Shown piece after piece: positions 38,476 through 48,671 of a stretch of DNA of 64,000 nt. The notes under the pieces were generated by a model, which worked only from the letters and a program-made list of their open reading frames with translations, was not told the DNA's origin and ran no database searches. Position numbers and translations under genes: made by a program. Position 1 is the first letter of the stretch; the number at the start of each line of letters is the position of its first letter. This DNA comes from a virus: positions 64,001-128,000 of the IMG/VR virus record IMGVR_UViG_3300032092_000005; one strand, given 5' to 3'.

Positions 38476-40518
38476 ATGAGTTTATCAAATAATTTTCCAA
38501 ATACGTCACCGACATTGATGCTAGACTTTATCAATAATGATAGACTAGATCCAAGAATCACATACACTCGGAACTCTCCTGCTACTTACGTAGGTTCTAG
38601 CGGTACGATTAAACTTGTCTCAAACAATACTCCTAGATTCGAATACGATCCTGTTACGCTAGATTCTAAAGGTCTTCTTATTGAAGAAGACAGAATTAAT
38701 TTATTCGCATACACAAGAGATATATGGAACAACAATTGGGCAAAACGTAATGTTTCTAATACGGTAACCCATATGAATTCTATCACTGCGCCCGATGGCA
38801 CACTGACAGGAACATTGATGTATGATGGCGCTGCTGCTACAGGACAGTATATTAGATTGGACACTGATAACGTTATGGCTAACGGAATAATCTATACGTC
38901 TTCAGCATTCGTAAAGAAAAAAAATTCGAGTGTTGTAGTTAATAATATATACACAAAAGATCCTACTGTGGCCAATAATGTTTATGCTGAGTTAAATTTT
39001 GATACGGGAGTAGTTACATTGGAAGTGAATGGAACTGTTACTGACGCCAGTGCAGGCGCAACTCAACACGCGGACGGATGGTGGCGTTTTTTTGTAACAG
39101 CAAACTCAGGCATAGGTACTGGCGCTGGCATTTCTACTAATATAGCACCAGACGGCTTTACCTCTGGTTCTGGAAATAATAGTATGTATCTTTGGGGTAT
39201 GCAGTTTGAAGCTGGAGCATTTCCAACTTCATACATGCCTAGCGTAGAAACATTCACTTCTAGAAGTTCAAGCGGCACATACTATGGTTCTGATAGACTA
39301 ATTAAAACTGCTGCTGCTGGTGAAGCAAGATACCAATACAATCCACAAAACTTAACTGCGCCTTCAGCTTTACTGACAGAACCATCAAGAACAAATTTAT
39401 TCCTCTACAGTAATTCTTTTGGCACTGCACCTTGGACATTAGAGAATGCGACATTATCTGCAAATAATATTCAAACTGATTCTCCTGATGGAACTACTAA
39501 TTCTACTGTATTAATTGAAGCTGGAACAACAGGCTTTCATTCATTAAAACAAGATATAACTACAACTGTAGATTCGACTTATGTATTTTCTGTATATGTA
39601 AAAGCAAAAGAACGCGGTAATATAAGAATGCAACTAGCAGCAGCTGGATTTGGAACTACTCAGTATGTAAATTTTAACGTGACAACTGGAGTAGTTGGCA
39701 ACACAAGCGGTAGCCCTAAAGGACATATGTTATATGTTGGTAATGATTGGTATAGATGCCACTTAACTACTCCAAAAGCAACAGCAGCGGTAGCAACAAC
39801 TGCAACTATATACTTAGCCGACGCATCAAATCAGGCATCATATACGGGTGACGGAGTTTCTGGATTATTTCTTTGGGGTTCTCAGATAGAATCAGCTAGT
39901 AGTGGCGCTCAAGGTGGCAACGTTGGATACACTGTAACAAGTTATATTGATACTGGTGCTGCACAAGTAACTCGCAGCGCAGATACATTTACTTCAGTAG
40001 CACAAAGTCGTGCGCAGGATGTTGTTGCGATGACAGGTAATAATTTTACTTCTTGGTACAATAAAGAACAGGGCACATTTGTTTGGTCGGGTGATATTTC
40101 ACAGCAGACTAGATCAGCGGGATTTAGAGTTTTTGATACTGCAAATAGTTCGCTCAGAGGTATCGGCGCACAACTTGATACTAGATCAAGTGGTCCTGCA
40201 TATTTTGTTTCAAGAAGCACTTCTGGCACTACAACAATAACAAGCCCAGGATTTGTAACTAACAATCAGATCATTACAATGGCAGGATCATACAGCAATA
40301 CAAGTAATGTAGTCGCAGCATCATTCTTTGGATCAACTGCAACAGATACTGCTGGTTACTATGCATTTGGAACAGAAAACAAATTGGATATTGGCGGCCG
40401 TAATCTTATCAGTGGCACATCTATTTCAAACTATAATGGACACCAACGCAAGCTTGTATTCTATCCAGTCAAAGTATCTAATGATCAGCTTTCAAATTTA
40501 ACTAAGACATTATTATGA
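38476..40518 (+). CDS. Spike/fibre-associated beta-sandwich protein, paralog 1
   Basis: MSLSN..P.L.LDF..LDPRITYTR, PRFEYDP....GLLIE; two APDG..GW.R..WG.Q.E modules; C-terminal lectin/LamG-like region. Confidence 0.75.
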   Translation: MSLSNNFPNTSPTLMLDFINNDRLDPRITYTRNSPATYVGSSGTIKLVSNNTPRFEYDPVTLDSKGLLIEEDRINLFAYTRDIWNNNWAKRNVSNTVTHMNSITAPDGTLTGTLMYDGAAATGQYIRLDTDNVMANGIIYTSSAFVKKKNSSVVVNNIYTKDPTVANNVYAELNFDTGVVTLEVNGTVTDASAGATQHADGWWRFFVTANSGIGTGAGISTNIAPDGFTSGSGNNSMYLWGMQFEAGAFPTSYMPSVETFTSRSSSGTYYGSDRLIKTAAAGEARYQYNPQNLTAPSALLTEPSRTNLFLYSNSFGTAPWTLENATLSANNIQTDSPDGTTNSTVLIEAGTTGFHSLKQDITTTVDSTYVFSVYVKAKERGNIRMQLAAAGFGTTQYVNFNVTTGVVGNTSGSPKGHMLYVGNDWYRCHLTTPKATAAVATTATIYLADASNQASYTGDGVSGLFLWGSQIESASSGAQGGNVGYTVTSYIDTGAAQVTRSADTFTSVAQSRAQDVVAMTGNNFTSWYNKEQGTFVWSGDISQQTRSAGFRVFDTANSSLRGIGAQLDTRSSGPAYFVSRSTSGTTTITSPGFVTNNQIITMAGSYSNTSNVVAASFFGSTATDTAGYYAFGTENKLDIGGRNLISGTSISNYNGHQRKLVFYPVKVSNDQLSNLTKTLL

Positions 40519-41825
40519 GTTTATCTAATGCATTTCCTAGTGTGACTCCATCACTAAATTTAAATTTCATAAGAAACAATAGACTTGATCCTAGAATCAC
40601 GTATAGCCGCTCGACAACAGCAACCTATGTAGGCTCTGACGGATACATTAAGACTGCCGTAACCGATGAACCGAGATTTGAATATGATTCTGTCTCATTA
40701 GCTCCTCGCGGTTTATTACTTGAAGGTCCAAGAACTAATTTGGTGTTATATAGTGAAGATTTTAGCAATGCAGATTGGACAAAAGTGGACACTAACGTAA
40801 CCACAAATATAACTGCCGCACCTTCTAATAGTTTAACTGCTGATATGATAGTTGCTGCCGCAACTTCCGCGCAGCATCAAGTTCGCAAAGCTATTACATT
40901 GGGCACTAGTAAAACATATACGTTTAGTGTTTTTGCAAAACAAGCTAGTGGAGTTTACGATTTGGTTCTTGCATTTGGCGCTAACGTAAGTGGAAGCTGG
41001 GACGCAAATGCCCGAGCCAGTGTACGTTTTAATTTACTTACTGGAGTTGTTGCAGCTACTACACAAAATGGAAATTCAAGTCATATATCGTCATCAATTA
41101 CACCGGCAGGTAATGGTTGGTATAGATGCGTATGGACTTTTATTCCTGACACGACTGGAGCAACAGCAGTATTTGGACCAGGAATGATGGCTATACCTTC
41201 AGGAGAATTTGCTGCCATTCCATGGACCGGTGATGGAACTTCTGGAGTATATGTTTGGGGTGCACAGCTAGAAGAAGCATACTTTTCTTCTAGTTATATT
41301 CAGACAACTTCTGCTGAAGTTACTCGCGCAGCAGATGATATGGAAATTACAGGCAGCAATTTTACTCCATGGTACAATCAATCGGGTGGTGCATTTGTAA
41401 TTTCTTCAGATACATTCAAAGCAGACAATACTGCAAACACTACAAACAGTAGAATATTCAATTTGAGTGATGGCACAAATGATAGCAGATATACACTACT
41501 CTACAATACAGATGGTGGTGTTAGTATGTCGGCTGCCGCGGCTGCCTTTTCTGCTTCAGACAGTGATTCTGGAGTAGCATCAAAGACAGTTCAAAAAGTT
41601 GGTGTAAACATTGAAGCTGGCAATTCATTCTTAACTCACAATGGAGTTCAAGTCGGTTCTACTGACACTGGCGCAATCGTTTTGAATTATATGAATCGAT
41701 TTGATATTTTTAGACTTCAAACATCATCTGATCCAGAAACATCTTACGGTTGGGGACACATTCAGTATTTACTCTACTATCCAGAACCATTGACTGTAGC
41801 ACAATTACGAACATTAACAAAGTAA
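40515..41825 (+). CDS. Spike/fibre-associated beta-sandwich protein, paralog 2
   Basis: Same N-terminus and architecture as paralog 1 with one internal module. Confidence 0.75.
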   Translation: MSLSNAFPSVTPSLNLNFIRNNRLDPRITYSRSTTATYVGSDGYIKTAVTDEPRFEYDSVSLAPRGLLLEGPRTNLVLYSEDFSNADWTKVDTNVTTNITAAPSNSLTADMIVAAATSAQHQVRKAITLGTSKTYTFSVFAKQASGVYDLVLAFGANVSGSWDANARASVRFNLLTGVVAATTQNGNSSHISSSITPAGNGWYRCVWTFIPDTTGATAVFGPGMMAIPSGEFAAIPWTGDGTSGVYVWGAQLEEAYFSSSYIQTTSAEVTRAADDMEITGSNFTPWYNQSGGAFVISSDTFKADNTANTTNSRIFNLSDGTNDSRYTLLYNTDGGVSMSAAAAAFSASDSDSGVASKTVQKVGVNIEAGNSFLTHNGVQVGSTDTGAIVLNYMNRFDIFRLQTSSDPETSYGWGHIQYLLYYPEPLTVAQLRTLTK

Positions 41826-41829
41826 TAAC

Positions 41830-43872
41830 ATGAGTTTATCAAATAATTTTTCTACAACTAAACCATCGCTTCAATTAAATTTTGCAAGCGGCGCTAATAG
41901 TCTTGATCCTAGAATTACGTTCACAAGAAGCACAGCAGCATCTTATGTAAATAAAAAAGGCTACATTGCGTATGCGGGTGTCAATCAACCAAGATTAGAA
42001 TATGATCCAGTCACAGGACAACCTCTAGGACTTCTTATTGAAGACATTAAAAAAAATTATGTAGTATCTGCAACAGATTTCACTTCAGACTTTAGTAAAT
42101 GGTCACTAACTCAAACAAATTCAAATTTAGTATTACCAAATAGAACATATGCTCCTGACGGAACTCTGAGTGCAGACTTAGTTTTAAATACTACAACATC
42201 GGGTAGACATACTATACAAAGTTTAGGAATATCTGTAGACACTACGCTAGATTATACAGCATCCGTCTTTGTAAAAGCATATGAGAACACTACAGTACCT
42301 GTTGCACTGTCATTATATGTTGGAGGGTCATATCAAGCTCCTGATAGATTTTCTTCAGGATTTAATGTTGCAGCGGGCACACTCAATGGTGGATTAGGCT
42401 CCAATGCTGGAACTGGATTAGTGTACAAGCAAACAGCCGAATATTACGGCAATGGTTGGTACAGAATAAGTGTTTCTGGAACTACTGGAGTAGTTGGAAC
42501 TACAAGTTTAAGTATGTTTATTGGAGTAGATACGAATACGGCTGGTACTGGAGTTGTTACTACATACACAGGTGACGGCGGTGCTGGATTCTATGTGTGG
42601 GGCGCACAGTTAGAAGACTCTAAACAACAGACTTCATTTATTCCTTCATCAGAATCTTTTACTAGCCGTGCATCTACTGCAAGTTATATTGGTTCTGACG
42701 GATTTATTAAAACTGCTGCAATAAATGAAGCGAGATACACATACTCAGTTTTAGATTTGTCAATTCCTCCAAGATTATTGTATGAGCCTGCTGCAACTAA
42801 TCTTTATAACTTCAGCGAACAAATCAATACATATTCTTTAACTGGTGCTACTGTTACTGCAAATAATACAACAGCGCCTGACGGAACTGCAAGCGCAGAT
42901 AAATTAGTAGAGAATACTTCAAATTCTCACCATGACGCGCACCAAACTTTGGCAAGTGTAACTGGTGGTGTTGCAATAACAGTGTCAGCATTTTTTAAAG
43001 CAGAAGAAAGATCAATGGTTGCAATGGAATTTGAACCAGGATCATCATTTACAGGCTCAATTGCACCGACAGCATTCTTTTCATTGACTACAGGCACAAC
43101 AGCAAACGTAATTAATATGATGACAAAAGATACTTCCATTATATATTATGGTAATGATTGGTATAGATGCTCTGCAACAGTTACTCCATTGAGTAATGGT
43201 ACACTAACATGTAATCTCGGTATGACTGCTGGGCTTTCTAATACTGCGACATACACCGGTGACGGTGCTTCAGGACTTTATATTTGGGGTGCGCAAGCAG
43301 AAACTGGTAATGTTGCAACAAGCTATATTGCAACGGGTGCAACTACAGTTACTCGCTCTGCGGATGCAATATCGTTTCCAACAAGCCAGACAACTCGCCA
43401 AGTCGAAAAGGCTGTTATGGAGGGCGCCAATTTTAATTCTTGGTTCAATACTAATCAAGGCACACTAGTGACTGAAGGTATGGTAAGATATAACCTAGAT
43501 AGTAATCAAACTACTGCGTCAATTGATGGAGCATATCAACAAGGATTACATATAGCGGGCGGCACTTCAATTCGTTTAGTTAAATATGGTTCCAATTTAT
43601 TAAGTGCTTCCTACGTTACTGGAGAATATAATAAAATAGCATCATCATATAATATATCCACTGGAAGTATTTCTGCAAGATTAAATGGATCACTTGGTAC
43701 TAGTGTAACCGCTTCAAACTTTTTCGCTAATACAAACAGTTCTGCTCCAGATAGACTTCGAATTGGAAGCACAAGCAGTACTTGGCATATGAATGGATAC
43801 ATTAAGAGTATCACATACTATCCTGAAGAATTCACTTCATCACAATTAATAGCAGTAACAAATAGGACATAA
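41830..43872 (+). CDS. Spike/fibre-associated beta-sandwich protein, paralog 3
   Basis: Same N-terminus; two internal modules; 680 aa like paralog 1. Confidence 0.75.
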   Translation: MSLSNNFSTTKPSLQLNFASGANSLDPRITFTRSTAASYVNKKGYIAYAGVNQPRLEYDPVTGQPLGLLIEDIKKNYVVSATDFTSDFSKWSLTQTNSNLVLPNRTYAPDGTLSADLVLNTTTSGRHTIQSLGISVDTTLDYTASVFVKAYENTTVPVALSLYVGGSYQAPDRFSSGFNVAAGTLNGGLGSNAGTGLVYKQTAEYYGNGWYRISVSGTTGVVGTTSLSMFIGVDTNTAGTGVVTTYTGDGGAGFYVWGAQLEDSKQQTSFIPSSESFTSRASTASYIGSDGFIKTAAINEARYTYSVLDLSIPPRLLYEPAATNLYNFSEQINTYSLTGATVTANNTTAPDGTASADKLVENTSNSHHDAHQTLASVTGGVAITVSAFFKAEERSMVAMEFEPGSSFTGSIAPTAFFSLTTGTTANVINMMTKDTSIIYYGNDWYRCSATVTPLSNGTLTCNLGMTAGLSNTATYTGDGASGLYIWGAQAETGNVATSYIATGATTVTRSADAISFPTSQTTRQVEKAVMEGANFNSWFNTNQGTLVTEGMVRYNLDSNQTTASIDGAYQQGLHIAGGTSIRLVKYGSNLLSASYVTGEYNKIASSYNISTGSISARLNGSLGTSVTASNFFANTNSSAPDRLRIGSTSSTWHMNGYIKSITYYPEEFTSSQLIAVTNRT

Positions 43873-43877
43873 CACAT

Positions 43878-44159
43878 ATGGATTACTATCTAAAATTTAA
43901 AGACAAAGCCGAAGCTGATGAAGTTCTAAAAGACTACACAGGCGACATTGATGTGATTGGCATTATGTATCAACCATCTACTGTAGACACAGAAATATAT
44001 TATAATGAGCCTGGACGCACAGAGCCAACGCCTATAATAATTGATGCGCCTGAACCAATACCAATTGAAGGCTGGCATGTAAACGTTCGTGGAGAAGTTT
44101 GCCCAGAATTAGAACCTTACGCACTTAATTTGGATACACCTAAAAGAGTTTGGTATTAA
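43878..44159 (+). CDS. Small hypothetical protein, possible chaperone of the preceding paralogs
   Basis: MDYYLKF..IDVIG..GWHVNVR..TP.RVW; AGGA RBS. Confidence 0.65.
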   Translation: MDYYLKFKDKAEADEVLKDYTGDIDVIGIMYQPSTVDTEIYYNEPGRTEPTPIIIDAPEPIPIEGWHVNVRGEVCPELEPYALNLDTPKRVWY

Positions 44160-44173
44160 TAAATTTTCTTTGT

Positions 44174-44181
44174 TATAAATA
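44174..44181 (+). promoter_or_regulatory. T4-type late promoter
   Basis: TATAAATA upstream of gp13. Confidence 0.8.
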
Positions 44182-44209
44182 GATCAACAAGATAACAGAG
44201 GACACTAAA

Positions 44210-44959
44210 ATGAGTACAAGCAAACCAGCAAGTAGAGATGAATTTAAGCAATATTGTCTTAGAAGACTTGGCGCGCCTCTTTTAGAAATAAACGTAGCAG
44301 AAGAGCAGATTGAAGATTGTGTTGAAATGGCGCTCCAATACTACCGCGACTATCATTTTGATGGTAGTGAAAAAGTGTATCTTGCGCATCAAGTAACTCA
44401 AGAAGATATCGACAATAAATATCTGTCAATTCCTGACGAAATTATTGGTGTCATTAACATCTTTGATATCGGCAGCAGCTTCTCTACAAACAATTTATTT
44501 AATCTAAGATATCAAATCGCATTAAACGATTTATTCGCATTCAACTATGGACCTTTTGCTCCATACTATATGGCTCTGCAAAATATTGCACTTGCACAAG
44601 AGTTATTCGTAGGTAAACAATCTTTAAGATTTAATAGACACACAAATAAACTAAAAATCGACATGGCTTGGTCAGAAAAAGTTCTTGTCGGAGAATATAT
44701 TGTTGTTGAAGGCTATCAAGTTCTTGATCCAGACACATATACTGACGTATGGAACGACTTGTTTCTAAAAAAATATGCAACAGCATTGATCAAACGTCAA
44801 TGGGGTGAAAACTTAAAAAAGTTTGAGGGTATGGCAATGCCTGGTGGCATCACATTCAATGGTCAGAAAATCTGGGATGAAGCTGGTGATGATATTGAAA
44901 AGCTTGAAAGTGAAATGATGAGTTCGTATAGTCTTCCTGTAAGCGATATGCTAGGATAA
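44210..44959 (+). CDS. gp13: Neck protein
   Basis: P.SR.EF..YCLRRLG.P..EINV..EQ..D, YH.DG, K.YATALIK.QWG.NL.KF.G...PGG.T.NG. Confidence 0.95.
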   Translation: MSTSKPASRDEFKQYCLRRLGAPLLEINVAEEQIEDCVEMALQYYRDYHFDGSEKVYLAHQVTQEDIDNKYLSIPDEIIGVINIFDIGSSFSTNNLFNLRYQIALNDLFAFNYGPFAPYYMALQNIALAQELFVGKQSLRFNRHTNKLKIDMAWSEKVLVGEYIVVEGYQVLDPDTYTDVWNDLFLKKYATALIKRQWGENLKKFEGMAMPGGITFNGQKIWDEAGDDIEKLESEMMSSYSLPVSDMLG

Positions 44960-44960
44960 T

Positions 44961-45779
44961 ATGGCGCGCAATAGGCATTTCAATCAGTACTCTCCTGTTA
45001 AGTCGGAGCAGTCTCTCATTAGAGATTTAGTCATAGAATCAATTAAAATCTATGGCATAGATGGATACTATCTTCCTAGAACACATGTTAATTTAGATAT
45101 GATTTATGGTGAAGATGGCTCTATGATATTTGATGATGCTATTGAGATGGAATTATATGTCAAGAGTTATGACGGCTTTATGGGTCAGCAAGACTTCCTA
45201 TCTAAGTTCGGACTTCAGATTGACGAATCAATCACATTTGTAGTATCTCAAAAGCGTTTCATAGATTCTATGAAGCCCATCGTGCTGAACGAATACTCAT
45301 ACAATATTCTCACAGATGATCCAGAAGACGGCAGTGGTAATTTATTGACAGAAGAGTTATACGATTACTCTAGCATATTAAGACCTAGAGAAGGTGACTT
45401 GATCTGGATTCCTATGTTAGGATACATGTATGAAATTTCATTTACAGAAAACATTGAAAACTTCTATCAACTAGGTGACGTATACACATACGAAATTCGT
45501 TGCAATAGATTCGAATACTCTAGCGAGAAAATTGATACAGGCGTTGATTTTATTGATATTGTTGAAGATCAAAACAGTTTGTCTACAGCGTTCATTGAAA
45601 AATTATTGAATGAAGACGATACACTATTGCTTCATGAAGACGAAACATATATTGTTAATGAGGGTGACAGTTTATCGGGCGCTGAAGTTGCTTCTAATAA
45701 TGAATTGTTAGCAAGCAAACTCCGAGAAGGAGATGTTATAGACTTCTCTGAAACAAACCCATTTGCTAAGGGATTCTAA
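44961..45779 (+). CDS. gp14: Neck protein
   Basis: EQ.L..DLV.ESIKIYG...YYLPR, SKFGL...E, RP.EGDLI..P, FYQLG, DFSE.NPF. Confidence 0.95.
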   Translation: MARNRHFNQYSPVKSEQSLIRDLVIESIKIYGIDGYYLPRTHVNLDMIYGEDGSMIFDDAIEMELYVKSYDGFMGQQDFLSKFGLQIDESITFVVSQKRFIDSMKPIVLNEYSYNILTDDPEDGSGNLLTEELYDYSSILRPREGDLIWIPMLGYMYEISFTENIENFYQLGDVYTYEIRCNRFEYSSEKIDTGVDFIDIVEDQNSLSTAFIEKLLNEDDTLLLHEDETYIVNEGDSLSGAEVASNNELLASKLREGDVIDFSETNPFAKGF

Positions 45780-45781
45780 TT

Positions 45782-46555
45782 ATGATGTTCGGACACGATT
45801 TCTATCATGCGATATTGCGTAAGTACGTAATAATGTTTGGCAATATATTCAATGAAATTCAAGTTGACAGATTTGACAGTTCAGGAAATAAGATTCAGAC
45901 ACTTAATGTGCCTTTAGAGTATTCGCCTAAACAAAAATCTATTCAGCGCGTAACTGCTGACCCAACTTTAAATAGAGATATTGCAGCTACACTTCCTAGA
46001 CTTGGCTTTGAAATGACGGGGCTAACATATGCAGGCGTAAGAAAATTAAACAGTTCTACTAAAATGGTGCGAGGTGTAGACACTGGCGGTAATGACTTTG
46101 GCTATGTTTACACACCTGTTCCATATGATATGAGTTTTTCGTTGTATGTTTTTGTTAAAAACGCAGAAGACGGAACACAAATTATTGAACAGATACTTCC
46201 GTTCTTTACTCCAGATTACACAGTCACAATTAAAGCATTACCAGAATTAAATATCAATTTAGATATTCCTATCGAATTGAATTCTGTTACTACCGATGAT
46301 GCATATGAAGGCGACTTTGATGCAAGCAGAAGAGTATTAACATGGCAGTTAGATTTTACTGTCAAGGGATATCTATTTGGACCAATCAATAAGCAGAAGT
46401 TTATTATCAATGCAAGTATACCTCAGTACGGAGACACAGAAGCAACTCAAGCTGAAGCTTCAAGTGAATTCACAGGCAACACAGCAGATTTTAGCACTTC
46501 CGATACTGTCATTGAACTACCAGGACCAGTGGTTGATCCATTTATTGCACCATAA
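45782..46555 (+). CDS. gp15: Tail sheath stabilizer / completion protein
   Basis: FYH...RK....FG..FN.I, VPL.Y.PKQK, LPR..FE, PVPY...F.L, QI.EQILP.F.P, W.L.FT.KGYL.GP. Confidence 0.95.
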   Translation: MMFGHDFYHAILRKYVIMFGNIFNEIQVDRFDSSGNKIQTLNVPLEYSPKQKSIQRVTADPTLNRDIAATLPRLGFEMTGLTYAGVRKLNSSTKMVRGVDTGGNDFGYVYTPVPYDMSFSLYVFVKNAEDGTQIIEQILPFFTPDYTVTIKALPELNINLDIPIELNSVTTDDAYEGDFDASRRVLTWQLDFTVKGYLFGPINKQKFIINASIPQYGDTEATQAEASSEFTGNTADFSTSDTVIELPGPVVDPFIAP

Positions 46556-46980
46556 TGAAACAAACTATAGATGATAAATTGAATACGTTTCTAAATATTT
46601 TTCCTAGCAGCAATAGCGAAACAGTAATTGACGTTGTTGCTACTGAACCAGTAAAAGAAAAATCTAAAGAAGAATCTGATATTGATGATGATTATGAGTA
46701 CGCACGGAATAATCTAAAAGGACTTATCGAAAGCGGCAAGTCTGCAATGGAGAACATTGTCTTCCTTGCAAAAGAAGGTGAATCTCCTAGAGCATATGAA
46801 GTTGTTGGTCAATTGATTAAAACGTTAGCAGATACTAACAAAGACTTATTAGACTTAAGTAAAAAGGCAAGAGAAGCTAAAGGTAAAGACAACACACAGC
46901 AATCTCAAAATATCGTAACAAACAATTCACTATTTGTAGGAAGTACTGCGGAACTCCAAAAGCTGATAAAGGGAAAGTGA
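46555..46980 (+). CDS. gp16: Terminase small subunit
   Basis: DDYEYAR.NL..LI..G..A, E.PRAYEV..QLIK, NNSLFVGSTAELQK. Confidence 0.95.
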   Translation: MKQTIDDKLNTFLNIFPSSNSETVIDVVATEPVKEKSKEESDIDDDYEYARNNLKGLIESGKSAMENIVFLAKEGESPRAYEVVGQLIKTLADTNKDLLDLSKKAREAKGKDNTQQSQNIVTNNSLFVGSTAELQKLIKGK

Positions 46981-46986
46981 TACATT

Positions 46987-48609
46987 ATGATTAAGACCTA
47001 TCTAGGTAATAAAAATCTGAAAGCAGCTGGAGTAGTTCTAAACTATACAAAAGAACAGATTGAAGAGTATTTAAAATGCGCAGAAGACCCAGTATATTTT
47101 ATTGAGACTTACTGTAAGATTGTCTCACTTGATCACGGTATCATACCATTCAAACTCTATCCATGTCAAGTAAATAAAGTAAATATCATTCACAATAACC
47201 GCAAAGTTATTTTGATGGAAGGGCGACAGCAAGGCAAGACTACAACATCCGCAGCGTACATACTTTGGTACACACTATTTCAAGAAAGCAAAATAGTTGC
47301 TATTCTTGCGAACAAAGCCGCAGCCGCGCGTGGAGTATTACATCGGTATCAATTGATGTATGAGAATCTTCCGATTTGGCTACAGCAAGGTGTGACTACA
47401 TGGAACAAGGGTGATATTGAATTAGAAAATCGATCAAAAGTATTTACAGCAGCAACATCCATTTCAGGTATTCGTGGTGAATCTGTCAACCTGTTGTATG
47501 TTGACGAAACTGCAATTATTCCTAATAACGTAGCCGAGCAGTTCTTTGCATCCGTTTATCCTACAATTTCTGCTGGTGAAACTACAAAGATTCTATTGAG
47601 TTCGACTCCTCTCGGATACAACCATTTCTGGAAGTTCTGGAATGACGCACAAAACAATAGAAACGGATTCGTGCCGTTGTTCATTCCATATTGGGAAATT
47701 CCTGGTCGTGATGAAGCATGGGCTACAGAGCAAAGAAAACTCTTAGGAGAATTGAAGTTTACTCAAGAAGTGTTATGTAACTTCTTAGGATCAAGCTTAA
47801 CTCTAATTGCTTCTGATACTATTGCACAAATGTCGGCCGATGCTCCAATCTATTCTAAAGACGGACTCGATATCTACGAAAAAGCCGAAAAAGACTGCGC
47901 ATATATCATTATTGCAGATACTGCAAAGGGTGTCGGAGGAGATTACTCAGCATTCCAGATTTTGAACATATCTAAGATGCCGTATGTAATGGTAGGCAAA
48001 TATAAGAACAATACGATTAGTCCGTTGCTATATCCTTCAGTAATCTACAAAGTCGGCAAAGATTATAATGACGCATATGTGCTGATTGAAGTTAATACTT
48101 CGGAACAAGTAGCAGAAATTCTCTATAGTGACTATGAATATGAGAACATTATCTCAGTCAATAGAACACCTAACGGGCAAGTTGTAAATGGTGGTTTTGG
48201 TGGTGGTAAAACACAGCTTGGAGTTATTACTGACAAGAAAGTGAAACGTATTGGATGCTCTAACTTTAAATCTATGGTAGAAGAAAAGAAAATGATCATC
48301 CGAGATGCAGATACTATCTCAGAAATTTCTACTTTCATTCAAAGAAAGAACAGCTACTCAGCCGATGAGGGCTACCATGACGATTTGGTTATGCCTCTAG
48401 TTTTATTTTCATGGTTGACTACAAATACGTACTTTAAAGAATTAACTAATATAAATATTAGAAAAGAATTGTATGAAGCAAGAATTAAGATGATTGAAGA
48501 TGAGGTTACACCCTTCGGATTTATAAATACTGGAGAAGAAGAAACTCAGTTCGTTGATGCTTCTGGACAAACATGGACTACCGATGAGCGCAAATTCGAT
48601 TTTTTATAA
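46987..48609 (+). CDS. gp17: Terminase large subunit
   Basis: Walker A GRQQGKT, Walker B LLYVDE, STP.G.NHF, nuclease D.A.G.G.DYS and HDDLVM; uninterrupted. Confidence 0.97.
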   Translation: MIKTYLGNKNLKAAGVVLNYTKEQIEEYLKCAEDPVYFIETYCKIVSLDHGIIPFKLYPCQVNKVNIIHNNRKVILMEGRQQGKTTTSAAYILWYTLFQESKIVAILANKAAAARGVLHRYQLMYENLPIWLQQGVTTWNKGDIELENRSKVFTAATSISGIRGESVNLLYVDETAIIPNNVAEQFFASVYPTISAGETTKILLSSTPLGYNHFWKFWNDAQNNRNGFVPLFIPYWEIPGRDEAWATEQRKLLGELKFTQEVLCNFLGSSLTLIASDTIAQMSADAPIYSKDGLDIYEKAEKDCAYIIIADTAKGVGGDYSAFQILNISKMPYVMVGKYKNNTISPLLYPSVIYKVGKDYNDAYVLIEVNTSEQVAEILYSDYEYENIISVNRTPNGQVVNGGFGGGKTQLGVITDKKVKRIGCSNFKSMVEEKKMIIRDADTISEISTFIQRKNSYSADEGYHDDLVMPLVLFSWLTTNTYFKELTNINIRKELYEARIKMIEDEVTPFGFINTGEEETQFVDASGQTWTTDERKFDFL

Positions 48610-48612
48610 ATA
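48605..48612 (+). promoter_or_regulatory. T4-type late promoter
   Basis: TATAAATA overlapping the gp17 stop, upstream of gp18. Confidence 0.8.
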
Positions 48613-48671
48613 AACAAGAGAATATGAATGTGAATCATCGTGAACAAAAATCTTAAATCAAGGAGAAAAAA

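Noticed and set aside
38476-43872. Diversity-generating retroelement or invertase shufflon acting on the paralogs
   Set aside because: No reverse transcriptase or recombinase in the window, no adenine-specific template/variable repeat pair seen, and all copies share one orientation
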